Assembly: GCA_963762565.1 (NCBI GenBank)
Contig: CAVXLD010000001.1
Span: 1,152,001 to 1,216,000, forward strand
From: an uncultured Verrucomicrobiae bacterium
GTDB lineage: Bacteria; Verrucomicrobiota; Verrucomicrobiia; Chthoniobacterales; JAFAMB01
Reading direction: 5' to 3'
Length of the DNA stretch: 64,000 bases
Part shown: piece after piece, positions 20,389 to 31,037 of the stretch
Numbering within the stretch: position 1 is the first letter of the stretch
Layout: every line of letters begins with the position of its first letter
Notes under the pieces: model-generated
The model's database searches: none
Seen by the model: only the letters and a program-made list of their open reading frames with translations
Told to the model about the DNA's origin: nothing
Translations under genes and position numbers: made by a program

Positions 20389-21897
20389 ATGACCGCACTT
20401 CTCCAAACTAGGGGACTCAGTAAGGCGTATGCCAGCCCGGTCCTGCAGGATGTTAATTTCGATCTGCGGGCCGGAGAGATCCACGCGTTGGTTGGAGAGA
20501 ACGGAGCAGGCAAAAGTACTCTTTGCCACATTATTGCTGGATTGCGTGAAGCGGATTCAGGCGAAATGTTCCTGGAAGAGAGCCCCTATCGGCCAACCAG
20601 CAAAAGGGTCGCTGAACATAAAGGGGTACGAATCGTTCTCCAGGAGCTTAGTCTAATCGACAATTTGTCTGTGGGGGAAAATCTATTTCTCCCCCGCTTA
20701 CCGAATCGAATGGGCTGGATCCGGGACAGCCGACTGGCACAAGCCGCTCGGACTGCCTTGGACCGGGTCGGCTTGATCGACCTGGAACCGAGTGTTCCGG
20801 TCCGTCAGCTTGGGATCGGACAGAAGCAATTAATCGAGATTGCCGCCGGAATTTCGCAAGAGTGTAAGGTCCTGATTCTTGATGAACCCACGGCCGCGCT
20901 GACTAGCGCCGACGCCGAGCGGTTGTTCGCGCAGGTTAGAAACCTGCGGGAAGCAGGCGTCGGTATCATTTTCATTTCCCATCACCTCGAAGAGGTTCAG
21001 GAAATCGCGGATCGTGTGTCGGTCCTACGCGATGGCAGTCTAGTTACGGTTAAGGACCGGGGATCCTATTCAATTGATGAAATCATCCGTTCGATGGTGG
21101 GTCGGGACCTTGGCGAATCGGGGGAACGAACTGCTAGAACGGGTTCGGGCGACGTGTTGCTTCGCGTCGAGAATTTGAAAGCGCCTCCCGTTGTGCGGGA
21201 CGTCAGCTTTGAAGCTCAAGCAGGTGAGATTTTAGGGATCGCTGGTCTCATGGGTTCTGGTCGGACCGAAACCATGCGTGCACTCTTCGGAGCCGATCCC
21301 CGAACTGCCGGCAGAATTTTTGTTAAAGGTAAAGAGGTTCAAATCCGCCGGCCAGCAGACGCAGTAAAATTGGGAATCGGGTTCTTAACTGAAGATCGTA
21401 AAGGCCAAGGGCTGCTTTTGCCTAAACCAATCAGGATAAATATCAGCCTGGCCCGAATGCTCGGCGAAATTGCCCGTTTCGGTTGGATCGACCGAGCGCG
21501 AGAAAATCGGGTTGCCGATAGCTGGGTCCATCGGTTGAGTGTGCGTTGTTCTTCCACGGAACAGGCGGTAGTTAACCTTAGCGGTGGTAATCAACAGAAG
21601 GTTTTACTTGCGCGCTGGCTCTACCGAAACTGCGATATCCTGATTTGTGATGAACCTACCCGAGGTATCGACGTGGGTGCAAAGTTTGAGATCTATCAGC
21701 TGCTCGGTGAACTAGCCGCCGGAGGAAAAGCGATTGTAGTGATTTCTTCGGATCTCAAAGAGCTGCTGACGCTCTGCGACCGGATTGCCGTGATGTCGGC
21801 CGGCAAATTGGTCACAGAATTCCGGCGAGGCGAATGGACTGAGGATGGAATCATGGCGGCGGCGTTTATTGAGCTGACCCGGCCGACGCCTAACTAG
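20389..21897 (+). CDS. rbsA: sugar ABC transporter ATP-binding protein
   Basis: GENGAGKST, LDEPTAAL, LSGGNQQKV, DEPTRGIDVGAK; duplicated ABC domains. Confidence 0.9.
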   Translation: MTALLQTRGLSKAYASPVLQDVNFDLRAGEIHALVGENGAGKSTLCHIIAGLREADSGEMFLEESPYRPTSKRVAEHKGVRIVLQELSLIDNLSVGENLFLPRLPNRMGWIRDSRLAQAARTALDRVGLIDLEPSVPVRQLGIGQKQLIEIAAGISQECKVLILDEPTAALTSADAERLFAQVRNLREAGVGIIFISHHLEEVQEIADRVSVLRDGSLVTVKDRGSYSIDEIIRSMVGRDLGESGERTARTGSGDVLLRVENLKAPPVVRDVSFEAQAGEILGIAGLMGSGRTETMRALFGADPRTAGRIFVKGKEVQIRRPADAVKLGIGFLTEDRKGQGLLLPKPIRINISLARMLGEIARFGWIDRARENRVADSWVHRLSVRCSSTEQAVVNLSGGNQQKVLLARWLYRNCDILICDEPTRGIDVGAKFEIYQLLGELAAGGKAIVVISSDLKELLTLCDRIAVMSAGKLVTEFRRGEWTEDGIMAAAFIELTRPTPN

Positions 21898-22027
21898 TCG
21901 ATTTCAGCGTTGGAAGAAAAAGAGCTACGAGAAACAACCCCGAAACGGCGAATCGGCGAATGGGCGAATGGGCGACACCGCCAGCGCCACCGGCGAACGA
22001 ACCGAGCAATTAACTGATCCAGTTTTT

Positions 22028-23068
22028 ATGAGACCGAACCCTTATCCCACTTCGACTGATGCATCGCCCGGGGCCGGCATCAAGTCGAACCTCGGGGGGC
22101 CGAGCCGGCGAGCCGGTCAGCTCCGCGAAATCATCGAGAACAGTTTGGGATTGGTGGTCGTTCTGGTCTTGCTGATCGTCCTATTTAGTTTTCAAACCGC
22201 CCATTTCTTCTCGGCAACGACCTTCGAAGCGATCGCCAACGAGATTCCGACGGCCATTTTCATCGCCATTGGTATGACCTTTGTTTTGATCATCGGCGGG
22301 ATAGACCTGTCGGTTGGATCAGTCCTGGCATTGGGGTCCGGCTTGTTAGGTGTTGCTATTGTGCACTGGCATTGGCCGCTCTGGGCCGCGATTGGGTTGT
22401 GCGTATTGTCCGGTGCTCTTTGCGGACTGCTGAATGGGTTTCTAACCATCCGCTTTCGCCTACCTTCCTTTATCGTAACGCTCGGCCTGATGGAAGCGGC
22501 TCGGGGAGCGACCTATCTGGTCACAAATTCCCAGACCATGTATATCGGTTCCACGATTGAAGCGGTGGACAACGCAACTTTATTTGGGCTTTCGTTGCCC
22601 TTCTTGGTTGCGATCGGTTTTGCCATCATCGCTCAATTTATTCTCACTGGAACCGTCTTCGGTCGCTATGCCATCGCTCTCGGAACCAGCGAAGAAGCGG
22701 TCCGCCTTTCCGGAATTGACACTCGACCAATAAAACTAGCGGTATTTACCTTAAGCGGTGCTTTAGCCGCTGTGGCCGGAATTTCTTATTGTGCGCAACT
22801 TTCCGCGGCCGATCCCAACGCGGGCAATGGGTTTGAGCTCGCGGCTATCGCGGCGGTGGTGATCGGTGGGACCAGTCTGATGGGAGGCCGTGGTTCGGTC
22901 ATTAATTCATTGTTTGGAGTTCTGGTAATTGCGGTACTGGAAACCGGGCTAGCTCAAATCGGAGCCCAAGAATCGGTGAAACGGATGGTAACCGGAGCCG
23001 TGATCATCATCGCCGTTATCGTCGATTTTTATCGGACGCGCCGGGCGGAAGCGAAGGCGAGGAAGTAA
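22028..23068 (+). CDS. rbsC: sugar ABC transporter permease
   Basis: GMTFVLIIGGIDLSVGS, PSFIVTLG, ELAAIAAVVIGGTSLMGGRG. Confidence 0.9.
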   Translation: MRPNPYPTSTDASPGAGIKSNLGGPSRRAGQLREIIENSLGLVVVLVLLIVLFSFQTAHFFSATTFEAIANEIPTAIFIAIGMTFVLIIGGIDLSVGSVLALGSGLLGVAIVHWHWPLWAAIGLCVLSGALCGLLNGFLTIRFRLPSFIVTLGLMEAARGATYLVTNSQTMYIGSTIEAVDNATLFGLSLPFLVAIGFAIIAQFILTGTVFGRYAIALGTSEEAVRLSGIDTRPIKLAVFTLSGALAAVAGISYCAQLSAADPNAGNGFELAAIAAVVIGGTSLMGGRGSVINSLFGVLVIAVLETGLAQIGAQESVKRMVTGAVIIIAVIVDFYRTRRAEAKARK

Positions 23069-23187
23069 GCAGTAAGCAGTAAGCGGTAAGCGGTAAGCAC
23101 TAAGCAGTTCAGGAGCCAGGAGCGAGAATCCAGGTCAGGAGATCTGGCTCCTAATACTGATTACTGATTACTGATTACTGATTACTT
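23064..23187. repeat. inverted heptamer arrays
   Basis: (AGTAAGC)n ... (TGATTAC)n enclosing an (AGGAGCC)-type pair. Confidence 0.8.
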
Positions 23188-23241
23188 CTCCCAGGCGTCA
23201 AGGTGCGCACGGACAGTTAGTCTGCCAAATGCAAAGAATGA

Positions 23242-23297
23242 TTGACCTAATTAACTCCACGCGTTATCCAAGAGAACGCTTGCGCAATCGTTTGCTC
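23242..23297 (+). promoter_or_regulatory. promoter and autoregulatory LacI operator
   Basis: TTGACC -35-like box; GCGCAATCGTTTGC at 23282. Confidence 0.6.
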
Positions 23298-23323
23298 AGG
23301 CTTTTTCGCTGATTATAAGCTAA

Positions 23324-24388
23324 GTGCCACCTACCCGTATTAAGTCCTCCGGAGCGCCGACCATGAAAGATGTTGCTGAGTTGGCCGGCGTGTCGGTAAC
23401 CACCGTTTCCCATGTGCTGAACAAGACCCGGTATGTAGACCGGAGTTTGGTTCGGCGAGTTGAGGCCGCGGTTAAGACCCTTGGGTACCAGCCGAATGCG
23501 TTAGCGCGAGGATTGCGCCGAAAAGAAACCCGAATGCTTGGCGTGGTGGTACCGGATAATTCCAATCCATACTTTGCTGAGCTCGCTCGGAGCATCGAAG
23601 ATGCGTGTTTCGAAAGCGACTATAACGTCATCCTCTGCAATTCCGACGAAGACCCGACTAAAGAACGCGCTTACTTATCTCTGTTAGCGGAGAAGCGCGT
23701 CGATGGAATTGTTTTTGTCGCTTCAGGCGATGATCGCGCCGGAGTACAGGCCGTTCTGCAACAGAAAATTCCACTGGTGCTTTTGGATAGAGAGCTCAAA
23801 GGCACCAAGTGCGATGCGATTCTAGTAGACAATCGTTCTGGCGCGCGTCGGGCGACCCAACATTTGATCCAGGGAAACCACCAGCGGATTGGTTGCGTCT
23901 GTGGTCCCAAGAATCTGGCTTCAGCTAAAGAACGGCTTCAAGGTTACCAAGACGCTTTCACGGAGGCGCGCCTGCGCATGGATCCCAAATTGATTCAGCC
24001 CGGAGACTTTCACATCGAAGGCGGATTTACCGCCATACAATCGCTGCTGGATCTGCCAACTCGAATCACTGCGGTCTTCGTAGCAAACGATTTGATGGCG
24101 ATAGGCGTCTTAAGAGGAATCGCAGCCCGCGGTCTACGCGTGCCAGAAGACATCGCAGTCGTGGGATTCGACGGCATTTCCCTGGGAAGATACACGCAAC
24201 CGCCACTAACAACGGTGGCGCAACCAATTCGTAAAATTGGAAAGTTGGCGACCGAGCTAGTGTTATCGCGAGTAAACGGCGAGCGAGAGGAACCGCGAAT
24301 TCATCGCTTAGAGACGAACCTGGTTGTTCGCGGGTCTTGCGGGATTACACAGAAGGGCACGAAGACAAATCTTTTGAACAAGAGCTAA
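23324..24388 (+). CDS. rbsR: LacI family regulator (RbsR/PurR-like)
   Basis: TMKDVAELAGVSVTTVSHVLN HTH, YQPNALARGL, VGFDG, LTTVAQP. Confidence 0.88.
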   Translation: MPPTRIKSSGAPTMKDVAELAGVSVTTVSHVLNKTRYVDRSLVRRVEAAVKTLGYQPNALARGLRRKETRMLGVVVPDNSNPYFAELARSIEDACFESDYNVILCNSDEDPTKERAYLSLLAEKRVDGIVFVASGDDRAGVQAVLQQKIPLVLLDRELKGTKCDAILVDNRSGARRATQHLIQGNHQRIGCVCGPKNLASAKERLQGYQDAFTEARLRMDPKLIQPGDFHIEGGFTAIQSLLDLPTRITAVFVANDLMAIGVLRGIAARGLRVPEDIAVVGFDGISLGRYTQPPLTTVAQPIRKIGKLATELVLSRVNGEREEPRIHRLETNLVVRGSCGITQKGTKTNLLNKS

Positions 24389-24624
24389 CAGCCAGCCTGA
24401 GAACAGCTTCGTGGGTTTGCAACCACCTCTTGGTGTCGATCCAAATCAGACGTTGTGTTAGTGCCGGTAAAAATGCTTTAGGCAGGAATAGAGCATCTGA
24501 ACTCGACCATCTGCTCTATTACATCTAGCTTACATTCGCATTACAAATACATAATAATATCATGTTGCTTTTGCCATTGATATCGGATCGATGTTTGTTA
24601 AGTTTGCAGGGTAATGAGCAGAGA

Positions 24625-24840
24625 ATGAAGAAGCGGCCCAGCAAATCTGAAGTCAAGATTATCGCTATAATCGGTTTATCTGAGAATCTTCTAATTCAAG
24701 CGGACCTGGTCGAAATCGCGGAAGAGTTGCGCAAAAGCCGGTCAAAATGGATCAAGGAAGATATGGCGGATTGGGTGCTCGAGGTTAAGGAGAGGGTGAA
24801 AAATCTCCACTGGCAAGAGCCGAAACATCCGTGGAACTAA
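24625..24840 (+). CDS. hypothetical protein
   Basis: 71-aa protein-like ORF, no recognised motif. Confidence 0.35.
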   Translation: MKKRPSKSEVKIIAIIGLSENLLIQADLVEIAEELRKSRSKWIKEDMADWVLEVKERVKNLHWQEPKHPWN

Positions 24841-24935
24841 AGCTTGCACAAGCGCCTGACGAAGCCTCGCACAGAGGGCGGAAGGGACACAACGATTGTT
24901 TCTCCGTAAAGAAACGCATCGGGAACCGGTGGTTG

Positions 24936-25520
24936 CTACGACTGAGCCCGCCAGTCGGCCTTTCTCATACGGTATAAGACATGCCGCCGAAGGAGGTGGT
25001 CCTCGGGCACGATTGGGTGGTTAAAATCTTCAGCAGGGCAATATTGCATACCGAGTTTCTCCATCACGCGCCGGGATTTTACGTTGGTCAAGGTCGTGAA
25101 AGCGACGATCTCCTGAAGTCCGGCCCGTTCGAACCCGTCTCGCAGCGCTTCGTTGGCAGCTTCGGGCGCATATCCCTTACCCCATTCCTCCGCACAGATC
25201 CGCCAGGCAACTTCAGCGCAGGGGCTGAACGGTAAAGTGTATGGTGGAATGCTAATGCCCACGAAACCAATGAATTTCTCTGAATCAGCAATCTCAACCG
25301 CCCAGCGTCCGAATCCGTGAGCGTCGAAATGTTTCTTGATGCTCTTGACGCTCTGACGTGTCTCCTCTTCCGTCATTTTCCCTAACATGAATTCCATGAC
25401 TCGCTGATCGGCATTCATGCTTGCGAAAGGTAAGAGATCGGATTCCTTCCAGCGGCGCAAAATCAGACGCCGGGTTCGAAGGATAGTCGGACAGTCGCCG
25501 CTCGCCGATGCGTTTTCCAT
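24936..25520 (-). CDS. GNAT acetyltransferase, RimJ/RimL-like
   Basis: LRTRRLILRRW, WGKGYAPEAA, NVKSRRVMEKLGM, FNHP. Confidence 0.9.
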   Translation of the reverse strand: MENASASGDCPTILRTRRLILRRWKESDLLPFASMNADQRVMEFMLGKMTEEETRQSVKSIKKHFDAHGFGRWAVEIADSEKFIGFVGISIPPYTLPFSPCAEVAWRICAEEWGKGYAPEAANEALRDGFERAGLQEIVAFTTLTNVKSRRVMEKLGMQYCPAEDFNHPIVPEDHLLRRHVLYRMRKADWRAQS

Positions 25521-25591
25521 TCTGTAACTCCTAATGATGATCGCGATCTTATGCGTCAGGTTCCACAGCCTTTTTTTGGTAGCGTTGGCAT

Positions 25592-26446
25592 TCATTCGTC
25601 TCCCCCTATACGAACAACCAATAGAGTTTCTGCCCAGTTCTGCACGCGCGACAATACAGAACCCGCAATCGGTGCAACATGACCGGCGTGTGCCACGGAA
25701 ATAACTTGTTTCTGCCCAGCGTAGGCTTGAGTCACAAGTTTCTGATACTTCGGCAAGACGAGCTTATCGCGTTCATCTACGATAAAAATCGCGGGTACAT
25801 GAGCGGCTTTCGCGTTAGCGATACTATCTAGAGCGGCCGGCACTTTTAGGGCAAGGGGACCCGCCAACAGCCAAAGATTCCACCAGCCATACTCGCCAAC
25901 GATCATCTGGCGCAGAGCCGGTGGATCCTGGAGAATCACACCGACGACCGGGCGATGCGCGGCCACATAAAGCGCGGCGGCTGTGCCTAGGCTATAACCC
26001 ACCAGCAGGATCGGCCGGTCTCCCGCGATTCGCGTTAACGCGTCAAAAGCCGCGAGGGCGGCTGGCCCAACCTTGGCCAGGCGCGCGGGGCCGGTGCTGC
26101 CGCCGTATCCCGGATAGTTAACACCCCAGACCTCCAATGACTTATTAGGAAATAGATCGATTTGAATACCGTTTTCCGCACGAGTCCCATTGCCATAGAA
26201 ACAAAGGAGATATAAATCGGGCCGGCTGGAAGCGACGGCTTCGGTTGACCGCATCCATATCTCTAAGTCGCCTTTTTCGAATGCAATCGTTCGGCGGACC
26301 GCCTTCCCCACGGATAACGGCTCAGTTGTCGGATAGAGCACGAAGGAATCCAGCACCGGAATGACAGTTACCAGACCGACGTATAAGAGCAATGCACCAA
26401 TAACGATAGACCGGAGGTAGTGCATACGTCGCGAGACAGTGATCAT
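25592..26446 (-). CDS. alpha/beta hydrolase
   Basis: YPGYGGSTG, GYSLG nucleophile elbow, C-terminal AGH. Confidence 0.8.
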   Translation of the reverse strand: MITVSRRMHYLRSIVIGALLLYVGLVTVIPVLDSFVLYPTTEPLSVGKAVRRTIAFEKGDLEIWMRSTEAVASSRPDLYLLCFYGNGTRAENGIQIDLFPNKSLEVWGVNYPGYGGSTGPARLAKVGPAALAAFDALTRIAGDRPILLVGYSLGTAAALYVAAHRPVVGVILQDPPALRQMIVGEYGWWNLWLLAGPLALKVPAALDSIANAKAAHVPAIFIVDERDKLVLPKYQKLVTQAYAGQKQVISVAHAGHVAPIAGSVLSRVQNWAETLLVVRIGGDE

Positions 26447-26534
26447 TTATTATCCCACCGAACTCTCGTTGCGCCTATCTCTGCGCAACAATCGAAAAAA
26501 GTTAAATCCAAGAAAGAAAAAGCGATCGATCCTT

Positions 26535-26694
26535 CCACAGAAGATCACGAAGGACCCAAAGACAGACGGCTTGAACAGGAGGAAGCAGGGGCAACAGAGG
26601 TAAAAGACCGGCCCCCGAAAGAACCTTGTGGGGGAACCCTCCGTTTCCTCTGTTAGCTCCTGTTCAAAAGATTTGTCTTTGTGGTCTTCTGTGG
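26535..26694. repeat. nested inverted 9-nt periodic repeat element
   Basis: Same two nested pairs as at 11004-11151. Confidence 0.75.
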
Positions 26695-26780
26695 ACCCGC
26701 CTGCGGATTAAGCGATCGGACCGCTCCGAGCGCATTTTAGGTGACTAAGCCTTTATCTGTAAATCTGTGTCCATCTGTGG

Positions 26781-27311
26781 TTAAATTCTTTTCCAACTTC
26801 GAAAGAAAATGACCGTAGGTTGTCCCTTGTAAACGCTCCTGACTGCTTCCCGGTATCCCATCTTCGCAGCCAGGCGAAGAGACGGTTGGTTTCCGGAATC
26901 GATCAGGCACGAGGAATTAGGCGTTTGAAAATGGTTCGCTCCCCAAATGTGAATCGCCTGCACGGCTTCTACGGCAAACCCCTTACCGTGTGCCGAGCTG
27001 GCAAAGACCCATCCGGCTTCGGGAGAGTTCCCAAGTGGCGGCTCGATGGCGCGTTTCAAGTCGGCAAATCCCACTTCGCCGAGGAAGTTTCCAGTCACTT
27101 TTTCTTCGACGACCCAATATCCGAATCCAAGTAGCAACCAATGGCCGGCATATTGGAGCAAGCGTTTCCAAACATCTTCTGGCGTTAATGGAATGCCGCC
27201 GATATAGCGAATGACAACGGGGTCAGACCAGAGTGCGGCACAGTGAGGGAAATCTTCGACACGATGGGCGCGAAGTACCAGTCGCTCAGTCTCCAATCTA
27301 GGAACCTTCAT
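26781..27311 (-). CDS. GNAT acetyltransferase, RimJ/RimL-like
   Basis: LETERLVLR, GHWLLLGFGYW, PEAGW, HGKGFAVEA, NQPSLRLAAKMGY. Confidence 0.9.
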   Translation of the reverse strand: MKVPRLETERLVLRAHRVEDFPHCAALWSDPVVIRYIGGIPLTPEDVWKRLLQYAGHWLLLGFGYWVVEEKVTGNFLGEVGFADLKRAIEPPLGNSPEAGWVFASSAHGKGFAVEAVQAIHIWGANHFQTPNSSCLIDSGNQPSLRLAAKMGYREAVRSVYKGQPTVIFFRSWKRI

Positions 27312-27419
27312 AGGAAAATGACAGATGACAAATACACGGTTTCCGGGAGGGCCGGCGCCCGCTAATCTGTCATCTAGTCATTTGTCATGCAGGATCTAGT
27401 ATTGCCTCTCCAAAGTTGG

Positions 27420-28621
27420 AGACCTGGTTTTTCGATTAGCTGGCTACAGCTTCATCAGTCAAACCTCGACGCCGCCGGAGTGACGGATCTGCGGCCGGAT
27501 GCCTTCATTCCGCGCTTGGTGTTTGGCGACTATATCCAGGACTTGCTGCGCGAAGCATGTGAGACGTCAAAGTGTCTAGACCTTATCCATGACGAAATTG
27601 TCGACATAACCCGCCTGAACGACGAAACATTCCAGCTATTCGACCCGAGGAAGGCAAAAGTCTGAGAGGAGCGCAAGTCGTCCTTGCGCTTGGCAATTTT
27701 CCGCCCGGCAGACACCTCGGTGCGGACAAAGCCCCGGAGCAGTATTGGTTCAGCAACAATCCTTACTCAGCCGGGACTCGCGCCGAGCTAGCTGAACCGG
27801 GCGATATACTCATTATCGGGACCGGATTGACTAGCCTTGATGTGTTGCTGACGCTGGCTCCAACAAAGCAGGAGGGCAAGATTCACATACTATCCCGGCG
27901 AGGTCTTTTTCCTCAGGCGCATGGCAACGTCGCGAAGTATTCTCCGTTTTTCGATTCTGATCATTTGCCGAAGACCGCCTGCGAGCTCTTGCGCCAGGTG
28001 CGCCGTCAGGTTCGAATTGCACTTGCTGAGGGAATCGACTGGCGACCAGTGGTAGACTCGATTCGCCCGTTTAACCAGGCCATCTGGCAGAATCTCAATT
28101 ATGTCGAGCAGAAACGATTTTTGAGACACCTGCGCGGCTTCTGGGACATCCATCGTCACCGCTGTGCTCCGCAAGTAATGGCCGTAAAAGAGCAGCTTGA
28201 AGTTGAGAAACGACTGATTTCTCACCGTGGACATATTCTGGATCTCCGTCCGGTAGAAAACCACGTCGAGGTCACCTACCGGCCCCGAGGAACCCAAGTA
28301 AAAAGGACCATTGTAGTTAGGCGAGTTCTCAGCTGCACCGGCCCTCAGTCAGACTATCGTAAGCTGGACGATCCTTTGGTCCGCCGGCTGTTGGAACGCG
28401 ACCTTCTCGCACCTGATCCCCTGCGAATCGGCGCTTATACCGACCAAGACGGACGAGTACTCAATCAAGCTGGTGAGCCGATCCATCGCCTCTACACGCT
28501 AGGTAGCCCGCGAATGGGATTTCTTTACGAATCGATTGCCGTGCCGGAACTGCGCGTTCAAGCAAACGACTTAGCCAAGCGCATTCTAGCATCTCATCGT
28601 GGCGCGCCAAACCGGCGCTGA
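27420..28621 (+). pseudogene. FAD/NAD(P)-binding oxidoreductase, 5'-truncated and frameshifted
   Basis: FIPRLVFGDY, IIGTGLTSLD, SRRGLFPQ.H, WDIHRHR, CTGP, ESIAVPELR; N-terminal Rossmann motif missing after the heptamer repeats at 27316-27388. Confidence 0.75.
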
Positions 28622-28770
28622 ACTTCCATAGAAGAGTAGCCTTTATTTTTGGCGATCGAGGTTACGGCTTGGTTCCGCGTTCGGAATAATGTTTGTTTAA
28701 GTAGATCCGCAGAATTGCATTGCAACGTATGCAGAATTGGATCGATGAAGAATCGTCGTACATTCGACTC

Positions 28771-29234
28771 ATGACCACAGCCGATATCAAGACGCCACGT
28801 CCGTATCCCGGGATCAGGCAGGCCAAGATATCGGTGGCAAAGACGGAAACCCCACGAGAAAGCCTTCTGCCGATATCGCTTCTATCCGCAAAGGGATTCC
28901 GCCAAAGGATTTCGTACTGCTAGCCAGGCATATCGGTTTACCGCAGGCAGAACTAGCCAGGAAATTGGGGCTCTCCCCGAGAACGATAGCAGTGCGTATT
29001 GCCGGGGGCCAAAAGAAACTCAATCCTGAAGAAAGCGAAAAGGTCCTCCGGATCCAGCACATCTTTGAACAGGCCATTCGCGTTTTTGGCTCGTTAAAGG
29101 AGGCGCGAGAATGGCTGTTAAGTCCGGCAATTGGACTCGAAGGTCAAGGACCCATTGATCTGCTCGATACTGAGCCGGGCGGTGCTCAAGTCCGTGATTA
29201 CCTTGGCGCGATCGAATACGGAAACTACTGGTGA
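28771..29234 (+). CDS. Xre/MbcA/ParS-type antitoxin (frameshift in first ~20 codons)
   Basis: IGG...IASIRKGIP, HTH, LNPEESEK.LR, A.EWL..P..GL.G..PIDLLDTEPG...V..YL..IEYG; overlaps the RES gene (GTGA). Confidence 0.85.
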
Positions 29235-29701
29235 AGCTCTACCGGTTCGGTTCCGGGTCCGCGCGGCCTGCAGCCGAAGAGTTTAACGGACAAGGTGGCG
29301 TTCTAGCTGCTGGCAGGTGGCACATTAAAGGTACACCGGTCGTTTATACGTCTACCTCAGAGCCCCTCGCACTTTTGGAAAAGCTGGTGCACCGACGATC
29401 AGCTACGGTCGTCTATCCGCTTTATATCGCCGATGTGCCCGATCATTTAATTGAAGAGCTTCCCGCCACTAGTCTGCCGGCAGATTGGAGATCCATTTTC
29501 CCAAGTCGTTCCACTCAACGATTGGGTAACAATTGGCTTATAGGTAGATCCGGAGTGGGACTTCTAGTGCCGAGTATTCTCCTCACTGGCGCCGCTCCGG
29601 AGGTTAAAAACTGTCTAGTGAACCCTGAACATCCGGAATTCAAAAAAGTCGCGCTGAGCGGACCAATACTGCTAGCGTTGGACAGCAGGTTCAATCAGTA
29701 G
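29231..29701 (+). CDS. RES domain toxin
   Basis: GRWH..G..VVYTS.S..LA.LE.LVH and LVPS (conserved R, E, S). Confidence 0.9.
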   Translation: MKLYRFGSGSARPAAEEFNGQGGVLAAGRWHIKGTPVVYTSTSEPLALLEKLVHRRSATVVYPLYIADVPDHLIEELPATSLPADWRSIFPSRSTQRLGNNWLIGRSGVGLLVPSILLTGAAPEVKNCLVNPEHPEFKKVALSGPILLALDSRFNQ

Positions 29702-29858
29702 GGTTCAAAGTTATACCCGAATCCTTTCGCACAGAAAACGAAGGCAACGAAGGATATTATTGATTGTCCTAGCGGCGTTTCGGAGCCGACGGCCCTTCGT
29801 TAGCTTCGTTAACGTTCAGCTGAGCTCACGTCGAAGCCTTCTGTAAAATTGGCTTTGC

Positions 29859-30644
29859 TCAACGCTTCGCGTACTCGTCGTGCCGGCGCCACCACATGCC
29901 CTCGGTCTCGTAGAGGTCATCCTCGTTCCGACCTTTCGGGGCGCGGTCGAGCCATTGGTACATCCCCCAGAGGCCATCCAGCCCACGGGCATAAGTGGAA
30001 TAGGTGTGATAGATGTGCCCGTCCTGGAGCACGAATGCGCTCATGCCTGGCCGGTCGCGCGTGTAGGTGAGCGCGTCCGTTCCGCACATGGCCGCATTTT
30101 CTATCACGATATCCGGGAGCTGGGTTGTCTCGTCCATGGCATGGCCTCCGCACTTATAGTTATACTCGATGCTTCCCTCGCGCTGTTGCTGCTCGGAGAA
30201 CGAAACGTTGAAGTCGGCGTTAAAGTCGTTGTTGAACGAGGACGCCCAGGGAAACGTCCACCCCATTCGCCCCCTATAGGCCTTTATCTTTGCCAGTGGC
30301 GCGCGTGACACTACCGATAGCGTTACATCGTGGTTCGCCAGGTGGACAACGAAGCCGTTGAACCCGTCCGCGATGGTAGAGCAGGTCGCACACCCCGCCG
30401 AGTAGTCGGGACCGAACATGTAATGGTAGATAAGGAGCTGCGACCGGCCCCTGAATAGGTCTGCCAGCGATGCACTCCCTTCATCGGTGTCGAATCGGTA
30501 TTCTTTTTCGACCCGAACCCAAGGCAGTTCCTGGCGTTGGCGCGCCAACTCGTCGCTGTGCCGGGTTAGCTCCTTCTCTGCCTCAAGCAGCTTGAGCCGC
30601 GCTTTCAACCATTCTTCACGTGTTCCGGTTAGGTGCGTTGCCAT
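29859..30644 (-). CDS. DUF899 thioredoxin-like protein
   Basis: REEWLKAR..LL..EKELTR, LADLFRGRSQL, CATCS, YHTYSTYARG, WWRRHDEY. Confidence 0.9.
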   Translation of the reverse strand: MATHLTGTREEWLKARLKLLEAEKELTRHSDELARQRQELPWVRVEKEYRFDTDEGSASLADLFRGRSQLLIYHYMFGPDYSAGCATCSTIADGFNGFVVHLANHDVTLSVVSRAPLAKIKAYRGRMGWTFPWASSFNNDFNADFNVSFSEQQQREGSIEYNYKCGGHAMDETTQLPDIVIENAAMCGTDALTYTRDRPGMSAFVLQDGHIYHTYSTYARGLDGLWGMYQWLDRAPKGRNEDDLYETEGMWWRRHDEYAKR

Positions 30645-31037
30645 ATCGATGTGTTCTCTTTCTTGGGGTTCTGTTTGTTCTCGCGGTACAATTCGGTAGT
30701 CGTTTGTCGTGCGATAAACTTAGCGTCGGATTCCGAACCCATGGAGTTACAAATGTGTCGGGATTCCGAAAACCTAACCGCAGCCCCGAAATTCTCCGGG
30801 GTAAAATGGACGCAGATTTACGCAGATTTCGGTCTGGGCTTCGACTATGCCACCGACTATACGGCGATTAGATTGGCTTGGAACAAGGCTTTAAGATCAC
30901 TCAGCTTTGCGTTCGTTGTGCTCTTTTGCGGCTATTCTCAATCTTCAGATAGGGAGAGGTCAACTGTACCGGCAGTCGAAGACGCGGAGTAACTTGACTT
31001 TGCCTAGCGATTTCGGTGTCCTCTAGTGATCGCCCTT

